Shown here: positions 23,361-35,284 of the stretch, piece after piece
Layout: every line of letters begins with the position of its first letter
How positions within the stretch are numbered: the first letter of the stretch is position 1
NCBI GenBank assembly: GCA_964016885.1
Contig: OZ024742.1
Coordinates: 292,578,001 to 292,642,000 of the forward strand
Length of the DNA stretch: 64,000 bases
Source: Eledone cirrhosa
Lineage: Eukaryota
Direction: 5' to 3'
Notes under the pieces: model-generated
Told to the model about the DNA's origin: nothing
The model's input: only the letters and a program-made list of their open reading frames with translations
Database searches by the model: none
Program-made: the position numbers and the translations under genes

Positions 23361-26300
23361 ATGGATGTGTTAAGAGTAGGATGTTTGAATGCACGTGGCC
23401 TGGGCTCAACTTGGAAGCAAGCAAAGCTTCTAAATGACATCAGGTCACGTGGTATAAATGTAATGGTTATCTGTGAGACTCGGATCAACGTCATGCGGCA
23501 GCTGGCCCTTACCTTCGATGACTTTGAGGTGCATGCATCTCTCTGTCAACCTGGAGGTGGGGGTGGGGTTGTCGTACTGCTGGAAAAACACCTGAGTCTC
23601 GCCGTACAGGTTGTTCACTCGGACCCGGAAGGTCGTTTGTTGGTGCTAGACGTTGGCAGTAGTGGAGGTGCGGCCTTGAGACTGGTCGCCGTCTACTCCC
23701 CTTTCGGAGCTGAACGACCCGACTTCTTCCAGCGTCTGGAGACTTTTCTGGGAACGTCGCGTTCCCTGCTTCTAGCGGGGGATTGGAATGACATCCTAGA
23801 TGCACGTTGGGACTATGCAGGAGCATGTCCTAATAGAGGGGGTGTAACAGCCTCAAGGGGTTACTCGACCGTTTTAACTTGGTCGATAGATATCGACTAG
23901 ATTTTCCAACTGTGCCAACCTGGACTTGGACGAACCACAGTGGTCAATCTAGATCGTACTTAGATAGATTCTTAGTTAGAAGTAAGGATAGGGACATATT
24001 AAGCTGTCCAGAAATGCTCACGGCTGGCTATACAGATCACAAATTAGTGACCTGCGTAGTCAATCTCGAGAAAACACATAGACAGGGTCCCGGTTACTGG
24101 AAGCTTAATTTGTCTTTACCGGCAAAAGAAGCTTACAGAAACTGGATTAGCAGATTAGTTAAGGAGAGGTTGACGGGTGTAATCGTCAACAACCGATGGT
24201 GGGCATCTCTCAAAAGAGAGATTAGAACAGAATCAATAAGTTATAGCAAGATGTTAGCTGCCGATAGGAATAGGAACGAGAAAGAATTAACAGGTAAATT
24301 AGAAGAGGCAATCAAGAGCGAAGATGTGGCCAGAGTGCTGGCATCGAGGACGGCCTTGAGCCAGTTTTTCGATGCAAAGCACGAAGGCTGCGTCATTCGA
24401 AGTAAAATACGTGCTCTAGGTAATGAGGGGTCCAAAGCCGTTGGCTGGGCCCGCGTGACAGAAGCTAAGAGTGGAAATCGATCCACCATCCGGTCTTTGC
24501 AAGACGAGGATGGACGGGTGATCCAGGAGCCTAAGCAGATGTGCGAGGCCTTTCAAAGGCCCGATTGTTCGGGGGAGGCGAGAGTCCGGGCGGGGACGTG
24601 GATTTCGGTCCATACCTCGACAGCCTGCCGCGTCTCTCGAGCGAAGAGGCAGAGTCCTGCGAGGGACCAATCTCGGCTGATGAGATCGGGGATGCGCTGA
24701 GCCAATGCAGCAGACGCAAATCTCCAGGTCTCGATGGTATACCTTACGAACTTTATTTAGCAATGCCGGTCTTCTTCTCCGAACTCCTCGAAGCAGTCTA
24801 CTGCAATTGGCAGCAGAACGGGAGAATTTCTTGTTCTGTAGCCAAAGGCGTAGTCTCGCTGGTGAGGAAGGACGAGAACAAGGGGGATAGTATAAATAAT
24901 GTTCGGCCCATAACCCTGCTAAACACAAAGTTAAAGATTTTGGCCAAGGTGTTAGCAAAGAGGTTGGCGCTTGTCGTGGGTGGCCTGGTGGGAGATGCGC
25001 AGACATGTGCTATCCCATCCAGGTCCATTCACGACAACCTCCACCTCATGCGATACATCATAGAGAGGGTTGGCAACAAACCCGGCTTCGGTGGGGCCCT
25101 GATCAACTTGGATCAGTCTAAGGCGTTCGATAGGGTCGACCATGGTTACCTGGATGCGGTGCTAGCGGCGGCTGGGTTCGGTCCTGTTTTCAGAGGCTGG
25201 ATCACTGCCTTACATAGCAACCACATCTGTTCTAGGATCAAGGTGAACGGCTACCTTTCGAAGCCGTTTGAAATCACACGATCCATTCGACAGGGGTGCC
25301 CTCTCTCCTCCCTTCTGTACGTATTGACTCTCGAGCCTTTACTGAGGAAGTTGGAGTTGTTGCAGGGTATCCCCCTGGAACCAGGATTGAGCAAAGCGGT
25401 GTCGGCCTACGCCGATGACGTAACAGTAATGGTATCGAGCGACTCGGAGATCGAGGCGATCGGTACCCTACTGGAGGAATACGAAAGGTTGTCAGGAGCG
25501 AAACTGAACCGGGAAAAATCCATCGGGCTGCAACTGGGAACGTGGAGAGGCAGACCGATGCCTCCCGACGGTGTCGTCGGACACTGGACGGAGGGCCCGG
25601 TGAAGTTGCTTGGGGTCTGGTTTGGAACGGACCTCCAGGTGGAAAAGAACTGGGGCGAGGTTACGAACAAGGTGTTTGCACTAACCCAGAAATGGGCCAA
25701 GTGTAAGCTGTCCCTAAAAGGTCGGGCGGAGGTGGCGAACATTTACATAGCGTCCGTCACTTACTACCGCCTGACTATCGTGCCTTGCCCTAAGGAAACA
25801 CTTACCACCATGGAACGCATGCTCTTTCAATTTCTTTGGAAGAAGCGCCCTCCTATAGTGAGAAGATCCATCTGCTGCCAACAACCTTCGAAAGGAGGGC
25901 TGGGGATGCCATGGTTGATGATGCGTAGACACGCATTAAGGCTACGGCACCTACAGGTATTCCTCACTGGTCAACCGGTGTGGGCTCCGTTCGTGAGACG
26001 AGCCTTTCCAAGACTCGTCTTGCTCACCGAGCTGCAATCCTGGGTCAAGCAAAGATCCGAAAAACTGGGCGACTAGCACACTGAATGTGCCCAGGCGCTC
26101 AGGGCTCTCTGGCAAGCGGACCCGGCGATCGGTGGAGAATCCACCTCGTCATTCTATAGAGGGCTGGTGGCTAACAGGGGCGATGACACCCTTGGAGAGT
26201 CGCTGGACATGGAAGAGGACGAACTGGCCAGCCTGTTCGGTAGGACTTTCGGCCTGGGACCAATGGACAACTTCCAGAAGTCACTGGCCTGGCCATGCTA

Positions 26301-26790
26301 CCGGGGGGCTCTACCCGTTCGAGCAAAGCTCTACAGACACGGGCGCCCGGGCAGGGATCCCTCGAAAAAGATTTGCCCTAGATGCGTGCGTCACGAAGAA
26401 ACCGTTGCGCACGCATTGGTGCAATGTCCGGGCATGGCTGATCCGTGGGGCTACGCCGAACAACTGCTGTCGCGGGTGGCGCCGATTCGATTGACCGCCG
26501 AGTCCGTGATGACAATCAAGCCGCCTCCCCTCTTCACAAAGGAAGCAAAGGCGGTTTTTCTGTGCGTAATAGCCATGTTGAAAACGGTTGTTTGGTGGAC
26601 ACGATTGAAAGGTCTGAGGTCAGGCAACTTCCTCTCTGGCCATAGTCTGGTCTACTTCTTCCAATATCACTTCGGAAGAAGGATAAGAATGGAGAGAGAG
26701 GTGCTTGGCAACAGGCAGTTTTATGAAAGGTGGGTGATAGTGGCGAGAATGGCTCGTGTAAATGGGCCTTCTCTGTATACCATCCTGTAG
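23361..26790 (+). pseudogene. LINE ORF2: AP endonuclease + reverse transcriptase + C-terminal zinc finger, frameshifted
   Basis: APE motifs LNARGL, ICET, AGDWN, SYLDRF, TDH; RT motifs RPITLLN, DQSKAFDRV, RQGCPLS, AYADD; frameshifts near 23850 and 24560; in-frame TAG at 26074-26076 where the paralog has TGG (19986-19988). Confidence 0.92.
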
Positions 26791-27027
26791 GTAAAGAAGT
26801 GAAGGAGAGGGGAGCACCTCCTCCATGTGCTCCCCGGGCAAAGGATTGCACACTTTTTCGGGTGTGTGTGCAACCCCCAACACGTCCCCTCCCTTTTGAG
26901 GTTGTTTTCGATTATTTTCATTTTATACCCTTTTTACTTGATTTTATGTAAACTCCCCCCTTGTATTTGTCCCTTCTTTTTGTGCCTTTATGGTAAATAA
27001 AGAAATAAATCTATTTATCTATCCGTC

Positions 27028-27187
27028 GGGGTATGTGTTACCCATATGAACTGTCTCCCCCTATTGGGGAAAATCGACTAATTTTTAAATTGCATTTGTG
27101 ATAATATTTTACACATTTTTATTGTATGTAAACTTCCCCCTTTGTATTGTCCCCTTCTTTTGTGTCCCTGTGGCTAATAAAGAAACA
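27028..27187 (+). mobile_element. Third, very short Tx1 3'UTR fragment
   Basis: ATGTAAACTTCCCCCTTTGTATTGTCCCCTTCTTTTGTGTCCCTGTGGCTAATAAAGAAAC parallels the 3' ends at 20905-20965 and 26947-27006; followed by ATATCTATCC. Confidence 0.8.
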
Positions 27188-27344
27188 TATCTATCCATTT
27201 GTTAATAAAAAAGATAACTATCGTTTGACAGTCAGACAGATAATTACTTGTGCACCTAGATTCTTAACAGTTGCAGTAGTTTCTATGCATACAACGAGAA
27301 ATAACAGCAGCCTACATCATTAGGTTTGAGGACCAGTCAGAAGT

Positions 27345-27772
27345 GCCATCATAAAATACACCCAGTACACTCTGTAAAGTGGTAGTGCTGGTGTCATGAT
27401 AAAATACACCCAGTATACTCTGTAAAGTGGTAGAATTGATACCATGATAAAATATACCCAGTTTACTCTGTAAAGGGGTACAGCCAGTGTCATGATAGAA
27501 TACACCCAGTACACTTTGTAAAGTAGTAGAGCTGATACTATGATAAAATACACTCAGTACATCTTGTAAAGTGGTGGTGCTGGTGCCATAATAAAATGCA
27601 CTTAGTACACTCTGTAAAGTAGTTGATGTTAGGAAGGACATCCAGCTATAGAAACCATGTCAAAATATGGAATATATGAGTAAGATACAGTACTATGACC
27701 TATCTAATCTCTGGCAGTGACAGCCCATCTAACTCATGGCAGCATGGAAAATGGACATAGAATAGTGATGAT
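27345..27772 (+). repeat. 48-bp tandem repeat (6 copies) grading into an RTE-type 3' tail
   Basis: ATAAAATACACCCAGTACACTCTGTAAAGTGG units start at 27351, 27399, 27447, 27495, 27543, 27591; then TTAGGAAGGACATCCAGC and CATGGAAAATGGAC. Confidence 0.85.
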
Positions 27773-28407
27773 ATTTATTATTATATTTGCATTAGACAAA
27801 CGTGTTCTCTCCTATCTCTGTAATATTCACACTTTATGATTATAATTGTTATTATTCATCTCTTGTGGACTTATCTATAACATGAATCTTTTACATATTT
27901 TTCTATATTTGATGTCAGAAATGAAGCCTTCTATCATAAGTACTATTTATAATGGTCAGTGTAGCTTCTCACTGATAAATTAATTTAATGACTAGTATAG
28001 AAATGTTGTATTGTATTATTTCAATTGTTGTTATTGTTATTGTTGTTGCCATGAAATGGAATATCTCAGTATATATTGTTCTATGACATGTAGATAACCA
28101 ACTGAAAAGTTAAAAAACAATCCTGATACATAGTGTTTCAGATATAAGTCAATTCGTTTATAAACATACTGGTTGACTCATATCTGACAGGGGAGAGAAA
28201 AATAAGAAATAGGAGACAAAAATAAGGAGTTCAAACTAAATGCAGGTAGGAAGCTGGAAATTCCCCATGTAATTTCTGAACTTTATGGTGATTTGAAAGC
28301 TTAACCAAAGTATGACTGATATGACAAGAATGGACTTACCAGAGAAAAAAAACAAATTTTTCACTGATTAAGGTGGAGGAAGTGTAAAATATCAGATACC
28401 CTTAGAG

Positions 28408-28756
28408 CAGGGGTTGCAAGCCTTTTCAATATGAAGAGCCATTTTTAGTTTAAAATAATAATAATTCTGACCATCAGAGCCATGTAATTTATTGTGAACA
28501 AAAATACATTAATAAAACATGAATATAGCTAACTTTTTTCTTATTTATTGAGATTTTTTGCTTTGAATCATATCTGAAATTGCTTCAATGTCCTAGTCAT
28601 AAGTCATAACTTTTATTTTCGTACAAGACTGCAGATTTAATAATGGAAATATGGAAAATATGGAAAAAAAACGTCAGAGCTCCTAAAAACTATCAAAAGT
28701 AGGCTGTAGGCTAAAGAGTCGCATATGACTCTGGATCCACATATTCTTGGCCCCTG
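28408..28756. mobile_element. hAT-Charlie-like MITE
   Basis: CAGGGG...CCCCTG termini; imperfect 8-bp TSD CCTTAGAG/CCCTAGAA with the TAGA core typical of Charlie; subterminal AAGAGCC/AAGAGTCGCA motifs. Confidence 0.65.
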
Positions 28757-29744
28757 CCCTAGAAGACAGATGATTACAAAAGGTCACCAGTTAAAGGATC
28801 TCTACTTAGAGGATATGAGATTCTTCACAGCTTGACAAAGTCTAAAGATGCTCATAAGTAAACAAGGAGGATCCAGTTTGTAGAAGGTGGTCAGGATCAT
28901 AGGGTGCTTTGATCCTGTTTAGGTGGTGGCTTTGCATTTCTCAACTGCATTCTAAAGCAGCTACAAAGTTTATTGAGGAAAATTTCCCTGTTACATTCAG
29001 AAGTAAATTAAATAATTACATTGAATACCTTTCTTGGCTCTGAAGATAGAAGACACTTATCATACTAAGTAGATAATTTATTTTGTTAAGGTTGATTAAA
29101 CCCTAGTTTTAAATGTCCACTTATGTATAGCAGAGCTATAGCTAAGTGTATCATCTCTGACAATAATGGAATCAAGTCAGTAGAAATCGATTTACATGAA
29201 ATACAAAACAGACGAAAAACAGTGATGATGATGATGATGATGATACATTCTTTTACTGATTTCAGTCATTAGACTACAACTATACTGGGGTACCAATTAG
29301 GTTTTAGTAGATCATATTGACCTCTGTACTTATTTTATAAATCTTTATTGGTTAAAACATTAAGTTACAGGACATACACATAATTACAGACACAGACACA
29401 CCCCACACACATACACATATATATGTGTGTGTGCAAATGTGTACGTATATTGAGTCAGCTGGGGGTAGTCTATCTTCCTCTCACACATTCTCCACATTCA
29501 TTAACTTATATGTGTGTGTGTGTGTGTGTGTGTATTGGAAGTTCTCTCATGACAATCTTCTACAAGTTACAGATGAGACCTGTGACTAGAGCAAAACAAC
29601 AACCAGATTGAGAGTGAGTTTGGGATGGAAGAGCACAGTAGACAGAGTTATTAAAACCAAGAGACAAATATGAAAAGACTGGAAAAATAGGTGCAGCAAA
29701 GATCATTAGCAGAGAGGGAAAAGAGAAGGTAGTTTCCAACCTCC

Positions 29745-30052
29745 CAGTGTTGGTGATTTGCATGGTAAATACACCCAGTACATGCTATAAAGTGGTTGGT
29801 GATAGGAAGGGCAGCCAGCTGTAGAAAGCTTACCAAACAAAGAATTGGGAGGACCCTCAGTTGCGTCAAAGACATAGCAACCTCTCCTGAGCACTTGATA
29901 GAACATGAGACCATACATAAGCAAGACACAGGTAGATTAGCAGCCCCGCTTCAGTTGTGATTTGATCTATATGGACCTGTCCAATACTTGCTAGTAAGGA
30001 AAGTAGATGTTAAAACGACGACGATGATGATGATGATGATGATGATGATGAT
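29745..30052 (+). mobile_element. Diverged RTE-type 3' tail fragment
   Basis: AAATACACCCAGTAC...GTGGTTGGTGATAGGAAGGGCAGCCAGCTGTAGAAA; ends GATGTTAAAAC(GAC)(GAT)n. Confidence 0.7.
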
Positions 30053-30054
30053 AC

Positions 30055-30205
30055 AAAGAACAGGGATTGATTGCAGAGTAGAACACTTGCAGAAAACAAA
30101 ATTATTTGGAACTGCCTGAATTCTCAAGAAAGAGCTTGTAAATTAAAGGTATCACCTCAGTTCACTGGCTGTGAACAGCTGACATCTCTATTCCATCACC
30201 AGCTT
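30055..30205 (+). mobile_element. Possible 3' remnant of an R4/Dong-like (restriction-like endonuclease) LINE
   Basis: Translates EHLQKTKLFGTA*ILKKEL, resembling the LQKxALLGTARILRKVL C-terminus of R4-clade ORFs; (TAA)n tail at ~30620-30630 beyond the MITE. Confidence 0.45.
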
Positions 30206-30209
30206 TAGA

Positions 30210-30605
30210 TACTCATCAGTCTCGAATAATCGTCACCCCTTCCTGCTCATTAATTTTTCAAATTTTTTCCAACCCTCTCCCCACACCACTCTTATTAAAC
30301 CTCCCCCTCCTTGCTTATTATATTTTACTAATCTATCTCCAGTGAAATTTTATTTTAAGTGGTAGCATTCCTGTAACAATTAGTTTTCTTTATACATTAA
30401 AAAAACATTATACATGACAAAAAAGAACATTACAAGAAACCTCATACGTTATAAAATAAATAGGATATGTTGGAGTCTCAATATGTAAACTAAACAACTA
30501 ATTTGGGTTTTTAAAAAACATCAAGGGAGACAACGTAGAAAAATGACCGATTTTCCACCACCACTTATTCCGCCCCACCTCATTATTATTTGCGATCTGA
30601 GAGTA
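30210..30605. mobile_element. Tc1/mariner-type MITE (TA target)
   Basis: TA-CTCATCAGTCTCGAATAAT ... ATTATTTGCGATCTGAGAG-TA imperfect TIRs; internal part repeated at 2353-2570. Confidence 0.6.
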
Positions 30606-31227
30606 CTATATGACAGCACAATAATAATAACAGAAATAAAAGTTAAAAGCTCTATTTCAAGATACAAGTGGTATCATATATTTTTGAATTCAAATATTAA
30701 TTGGTTTTGAAAATAATCAATATTTAACAGTGTAAATAATGTATTGATATCATAAGAAACAAAAGTATTAGCAAATATAAGTCAAAGAATTACCATTTCT
30801 ATTTGATTTATGTTTTGATAAAGAAAGACATTCACCAAAGAAAAGATGGTCACAAATGGAAAACAAAAATATTGGCAAAGTAATAAAAGAATTATTTATT
30901 TCTGCACCATAAATAGGAATGAGATGAGAATTACATGAAATGGAATTGATTTTTATAATTCTTTGAGTCATTGACTGCTAAAAATGAAGTAGAACAAAAT
31001 GGGATATGGAAAATGATAAAATTATCAAATTATTTTAGCTTGACTCTTAATGTCTAGTACTGCCTGGAACTACATTGTGGCAAAATACAAAACAGCGCAT
31101 TAAAAATTAATGTCTTTATTCAAATACTGCCAATTTTGATAACAATCTGTACACTAATAAAAATACTATAAACATTTGAATTAACAAAGCACATTTGGAC
31201 AACAACTGGATCACATTAAAAATTAAT

Positions 31228-31408
31228 TGTTTCTACTTTAGGCACAAGGCCAGCAATTAACCAGTACATTACTGGTACTTTATTTTATCGACCCCGTAAG
31301 GATGAAAGGCAAAGTTAACCTCGACGGGATTTGAACTCAGACCGTAAAGGGACGTAACTATGCTGGAAAGCATGGCGTCCGACTCTCTACCGATACTGCC
31401 AATCCACC
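31228..31408 (-). mobile_element. Young tRNA-derived SINE
   Basis: TSD AAAAATTAAT (31218-31227, 31409-31418); near-identical to 21449-21633. Confidence 0.9.
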
Positions 31409-31457
31409 AAAAATTAATGTCTTTAACACAACAAATGGTCACAACTATCTATTCATT

Positions 31458-31650
31458 GGTTGTTGTTGTATAACATGCACAATAGTTAGAGGGGCAGGTT
31501 GTGACCAACAAGCCAAACTAAGGCGTCTTTTGCAGCATTATGGATTGCATCCAGGTCGCCAGGAAAACATCTAAGGGAGAAATCCTGGACAACATGCAAC
31601 ACTCTCTGGTCAGGGTCTTCACAGTCACATGCTGCGCAGTCTTTCATGCT
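31458..31650 (-). mobile_element. Possible 3' remnant of an Ingi/Vingi-like LINE
   Basis: CDCEDPDQRVLHVVQDFSLRCFPGDLDAIHNAAKDALVWL resembles the CxC...QTxxHxxxxCP...W C-terminus of that group; short (CAA)n tail. Confidence 0.45.
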
Positions 31651-31967
31651 CACTAGTAAAGATACTATAACAATTGAATTAACAAACCTGTTTTTAGATA
31701 TTTTCGGCAAAATTATTACAGGATGTTGAGAGTTAACACTGCATATGTTCACAACAATATGTCCAGTAGTATAGATACTATAAATCATTGAATTAACAAA
31801 CCTGTTTTCCGATATTGTCTGCTAAATTATTACAGGATGTTAAGAGATAATACTGCAAATGTTCACAACAATCTGTTCACTAGTAAAGATACTATAAACA
31901 ATTGAATTAAGAAACTTGTTTTTAGATATTTTCTGCTAAATTATTACAGGATGTTAAGAGCTAACAG
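31650..31967. repeat. ~114-bp minisatellite, ~2.8 copies
   Basis: GATACTATA at 31661, 31774, 31888; related partial unit at 31141-31190. Confidence 0.85.
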
Positions 31968-32555
31968 TTTTAGTCTGAAACTAGAAAATTTATTCTGGAA
32001 CTTTTCAGCCAGCATTTAAAAAATTGGCATTACTTCAAACATTTACTTTTTTCTTTTTCCGAAATTTTTACTAAACTAAATTTAAATAGAATATTAACAT
32101 CATCAAATCTAGTTATCCTCTCTCTAGTTTTCTGCAAATTCACGTAATTTCTTTGCAATGATAATTACAAAAAGAAAAGAAAGAATAATAACAAAAATAA
32201 AATCTTTATTTAGTTTTTGTTTCTCAATCAGGCGAAATATGAAATTTTAATCAACTTTTGTTAAAATTCTTCCCTAGAATTCAGTCTAATTGAATGAAAG
32301 CATAAAATGTCTTTGAATTATTTCCAGCTAATCATATGCAGCTGGAAACTGAATAATCAGCTGCTAGTAAAACTCAGTATGGTTTATCAATTTACTGAGA
32401 AGATTTAGGTGTGTGTTTTATTGTTTTGCTAAGACCTATTCCCACTTACCCATGTCAGTGATGCCTATCATCTTTCTTACTTCAGCCTATCCTATTCCAC
32501 CTTCAAATATGTCTCAAGATGGCAAATTGATAGAATCATTAGGGTGTTGTATTAA

Positions 32556-32973
32556 CCCTTTAGCCTTCACATTACTCTATATATACTATTATATTTTCAT
32601 TGTAAAGGGCGTGGATTGGCAGTAGAGGGGCGGACGTCATGCTTTGACGCAGAGTTACGGCCCTTTCCATTCTGAGTTCAAATCCCGCCGAGGTTAACTT
32701 TGCCTTTCATCCTTATGGGGTCGATAAAATAAAGTACCAGTAATGTACTGGGTAATTGCTGGCCTTGTGCCAAAAGTAGAAACAATTATATTTTCATTGT
32801 AAAGGCTTTACCTCACATAATTATCTTACATAATATCGAATCTACAAGATTTTTATATCATTTATTTTGAGAACAATATCTTAATATCAGTATGAGTGGC
32901 CAGTTACAGCCAGTTTGAACAGACAGAGGTGAGAGAATTCTGGCCCGATACAGCTGGTTTAAATGCTAATGGG
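32556..32973. mobile_element. piggyBac-type MITE (inverted relative to 507-727) containing a SINE
   Basis: TTAA at 32552-32555 and 32974-32977; CCCTTTAGC...TAAATGCTAATGGG; internal sequence is the reverse complement of 507-727. Confidence 0.85.
32609..32784 (+). mobile_element. Young tRNA-derived SINE
   Basis: 21-bp TSD ATTATATTTTCATTGTAAAGG (32588-32608, 32785-32805); B-box GAGTTCAAATCC. Confidence 0.9.
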
Positions 32974-33217
32974 TTAAATACCTCGGTATTTGTTCTGGCT
33001 CATTTCGCTCTAAGTTTTAAATCCTGCTATGGTTAACTTTGCCTTTCATACTTTCGAAGTTGATAAATAAAGTACCAGTTTAATACCTAGATTTTTTCAA
33101 TTATATCAACTCCAGTACTTTTTTTTTAAAGTCCAATACTTATTTTATCAATCCATTTTCTCAAACTCCTAAGTTACAGGACAGAGACACAGACACAAGT
33201 GCAAATACAGCACCTCA

Positions 33218-33730
33218 CTACTGAAAGATAAACTAGCTGAAGTATATGGTTATCTAGCTAGAAGTTGTCTTGTTTTATTGGATATATCTGTGTCTTTGAA
33301 TGTACTGAAGGAGATGGATATCTAACTAGATGTTGCTATATGTCATATCTTTAGACTTGCACATATTGAAAGACATGACTATTCAGATGAAAGTTATCTT
33401 ATATCTGATATCTTTGACTTTGAACATACTGAAGGAAGTGGTTATGCAGCTAAAAGTTACTGTGTTATTGTTTATAACTATACTGTTCAACAAACACTAG
33501 AAGACAATGACTATTTAGGTGGAAGTTATGTTGTTATTGCTTGTCTTTATCTTAGAACATACCAAAGGAGATGGATATGTAGCCAGAAGTTGTTATATAT
33601 GTGATATCTATGGTTTTGAACAATCACACTGAAAGGCTTTGTTATCTAGCTGGAACCTGTCATATTATATCTGATATATGTCTTTAGACAGACTGAAGGA
33701 GGTATGTCTCTAGCAGGATATTGTTATGTC
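33218..33730. repeat. Old degenerate ~60-70-bp minisatellite, ~8 copies
   Basis: Recurring ACTGAAGG...TATCTAGCTAGAAGTT...ATATCT units at about 33220, 33304, 33365, 33428, 33497, 33561, 33629, 33693. Confidence 0.6.
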
Positions 33731-34319
33731 TGAAAGAATAAAAGAATATATATATATATATTGTTATATATATTCTTTTATTTATCATTCAAGGAACCAA
33801 GAAAACAAAGATACAAAAAGAAGTCCTATTAGTTTCATGCTTTATGTGGAGAAAGGAAAGAAAATTTGACATGTCGGACTTTAGCCCTTCTTCAGGAGTA
33901 CAAAACTATACATATACATTTGTATTGGTACTCCAACATAACGATACACATATAAATGTATCTGTTGTATATTTAATAATTGCTAATAAGTGAGAAATGG
34001 TGGCATCATTGATTACTTCTTTTGCTGAAGCTAAGTATGTGATGAGCTTCACTACCTTAAAGTTCATAGGGAAAGGCTTTCCAAATTGTGATGGAAATTA
34101 TTATTAGATAAATATAAACACTTTTAAACAAGCAGTTTTATATCATAGAACGAGGGGCAGTATTAAAATGTGATTTGGTATCAAAAGGGTTAATGAATAA
34201 AAGTGAACTCCAAAAGAGGAGTGAAACAGAAATATTTAGCTACCAGATGACCACCAACTGACCAGTTTATCATTTGATCTAATCAACAAACATAGACATT
34301 AAACATTTAGGATCTCATG

Positions 34320-34610
34320 TGTGGGTGTAGCCTGTGTGTAGAGAGAGAGGCAGACAGAAATAATTTGTGTGTAGAGAAAGAGTGAGAGAGAGAATAAGTG
34401 TGTGTGTAGAGATAGAGAGGCAAAGAATGTATGTGCAGGGAGAGGGTGTGTGTATAGAGGAAGAGGGAGAGAGAGAGTGTGTGTATAGAGGAAGAGAGAG
34501 TGTGCATAGAGAGAGAGAGAGAGAGAGAGAAAATGTATGTGTGTGTATGTGCGCATGTGTTTCTGTGTGTATTTGTAGTGTTACACACATGTATTTTATA
34601 TGTGTGTATC
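34320..34610. repeat. (GA)n/(GT)n compound microsatellite
   Basis: Direct reading. Confidence 0.85.
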
Positions 34611-35146
34611 CCTTTCAAATGAGAGACGGGTGGGGGGGGGGGGCACCAACCCCCACCACCACCCACACACATATGGACATAAGTAGTAAACAGAGGACAG
34701 GAAGGGAAGGGTTATAAATATACAAATAAAAGGAATAAATTAACTATCTTACATAAAAGAGAATTGGTTGATTCTTGAAAAATCTATTTTGTTAACGTCA
34801 ACAACTCAAAAACTGGAATTATCCAAATAATTAGTTTACATGTAATTAATTGCATCTTTGTGAATGTGTTTGTGTAATTAATTACATATATATGTGTGTA
34901 ATTAATGATATGCTACAGTATACAGGCTCACTCTGACAAATATGTCAAGAATAGGATTGTAGTCACATCAAAGACATGACAATCTTTGTAATGTTGGTGC
35001 CACAATAAAATAATCCAGTACATTGTTAAGTGGTTGGTGTTAGGAACAGCATCCAGCTGTAGAAACCATGCCAAATACAGAATACAGAGGTCTCTTCAGT
35101 TGTGTCAAGGATAGATATACTCGTTAGTGAATGTAAAAATAAAGAT

Positions 35147-35185
<39 letters not shown>

Positions 35186-35284
35186 TATTTTTTTTTTTTT
35201 TTTTTTTTACTAAAAAAAATTGTTTCTGTTTCTGCCACTGCCCATCACCTCAATCTTTCTATTTCTTCTTTAATTTCTCATTCT

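Larger units (their letters stand above)
20987..27006 (+). mobile_element. Near full-length degenerate Tx1/L1-clade LINE
   Basis: 5'UTR, ORF1 with CCHC knuckle, ORF2 APE-RT-ZnF, 3'UTR ending AATAAAGAAA; identical AAATCTATTTATCTATCCGTC at 20966-20986 and 27007-27027. Confidence 0.92.
32517..33082 (+). mobile_element. Older tRNA SINE split by the piggyBac MITE
   Basis: 5' part AGATGGCAAATTGATAGAATCATTAG before 32552; continuation GGTATTTGTTCTGGCTC...AAATCCTGC...AACTTTGCCTTTCAT after 32977; colinear with 8911-9060. Confidence 0.65.

Noticed and set aside
9897-26921. Antisense and alternative-frame ORFs over the LINEs
   Set aside because: Shadows of the real RT/ORF1 frames; no independent motifs.
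20987-27187. LTR retrotransposon, suggested by similar sequence at both ends
   Set aside because: The repeats are diverged 3' ends of separate LINE copies; the ORF has an APE endonuclease and no integrase or protease.
33218-33730. Degenerate minisatellite as ancestor of the main satellite
   Set aside because: Only short AT-rich words (TATCTAG, ACTGA) are shared and the period differs; I could not align the units by eye.
33735-33785. Hairpin around (TA)n
   Set aside because: Largely explained by self-complementary TA repeats and A/T runs.
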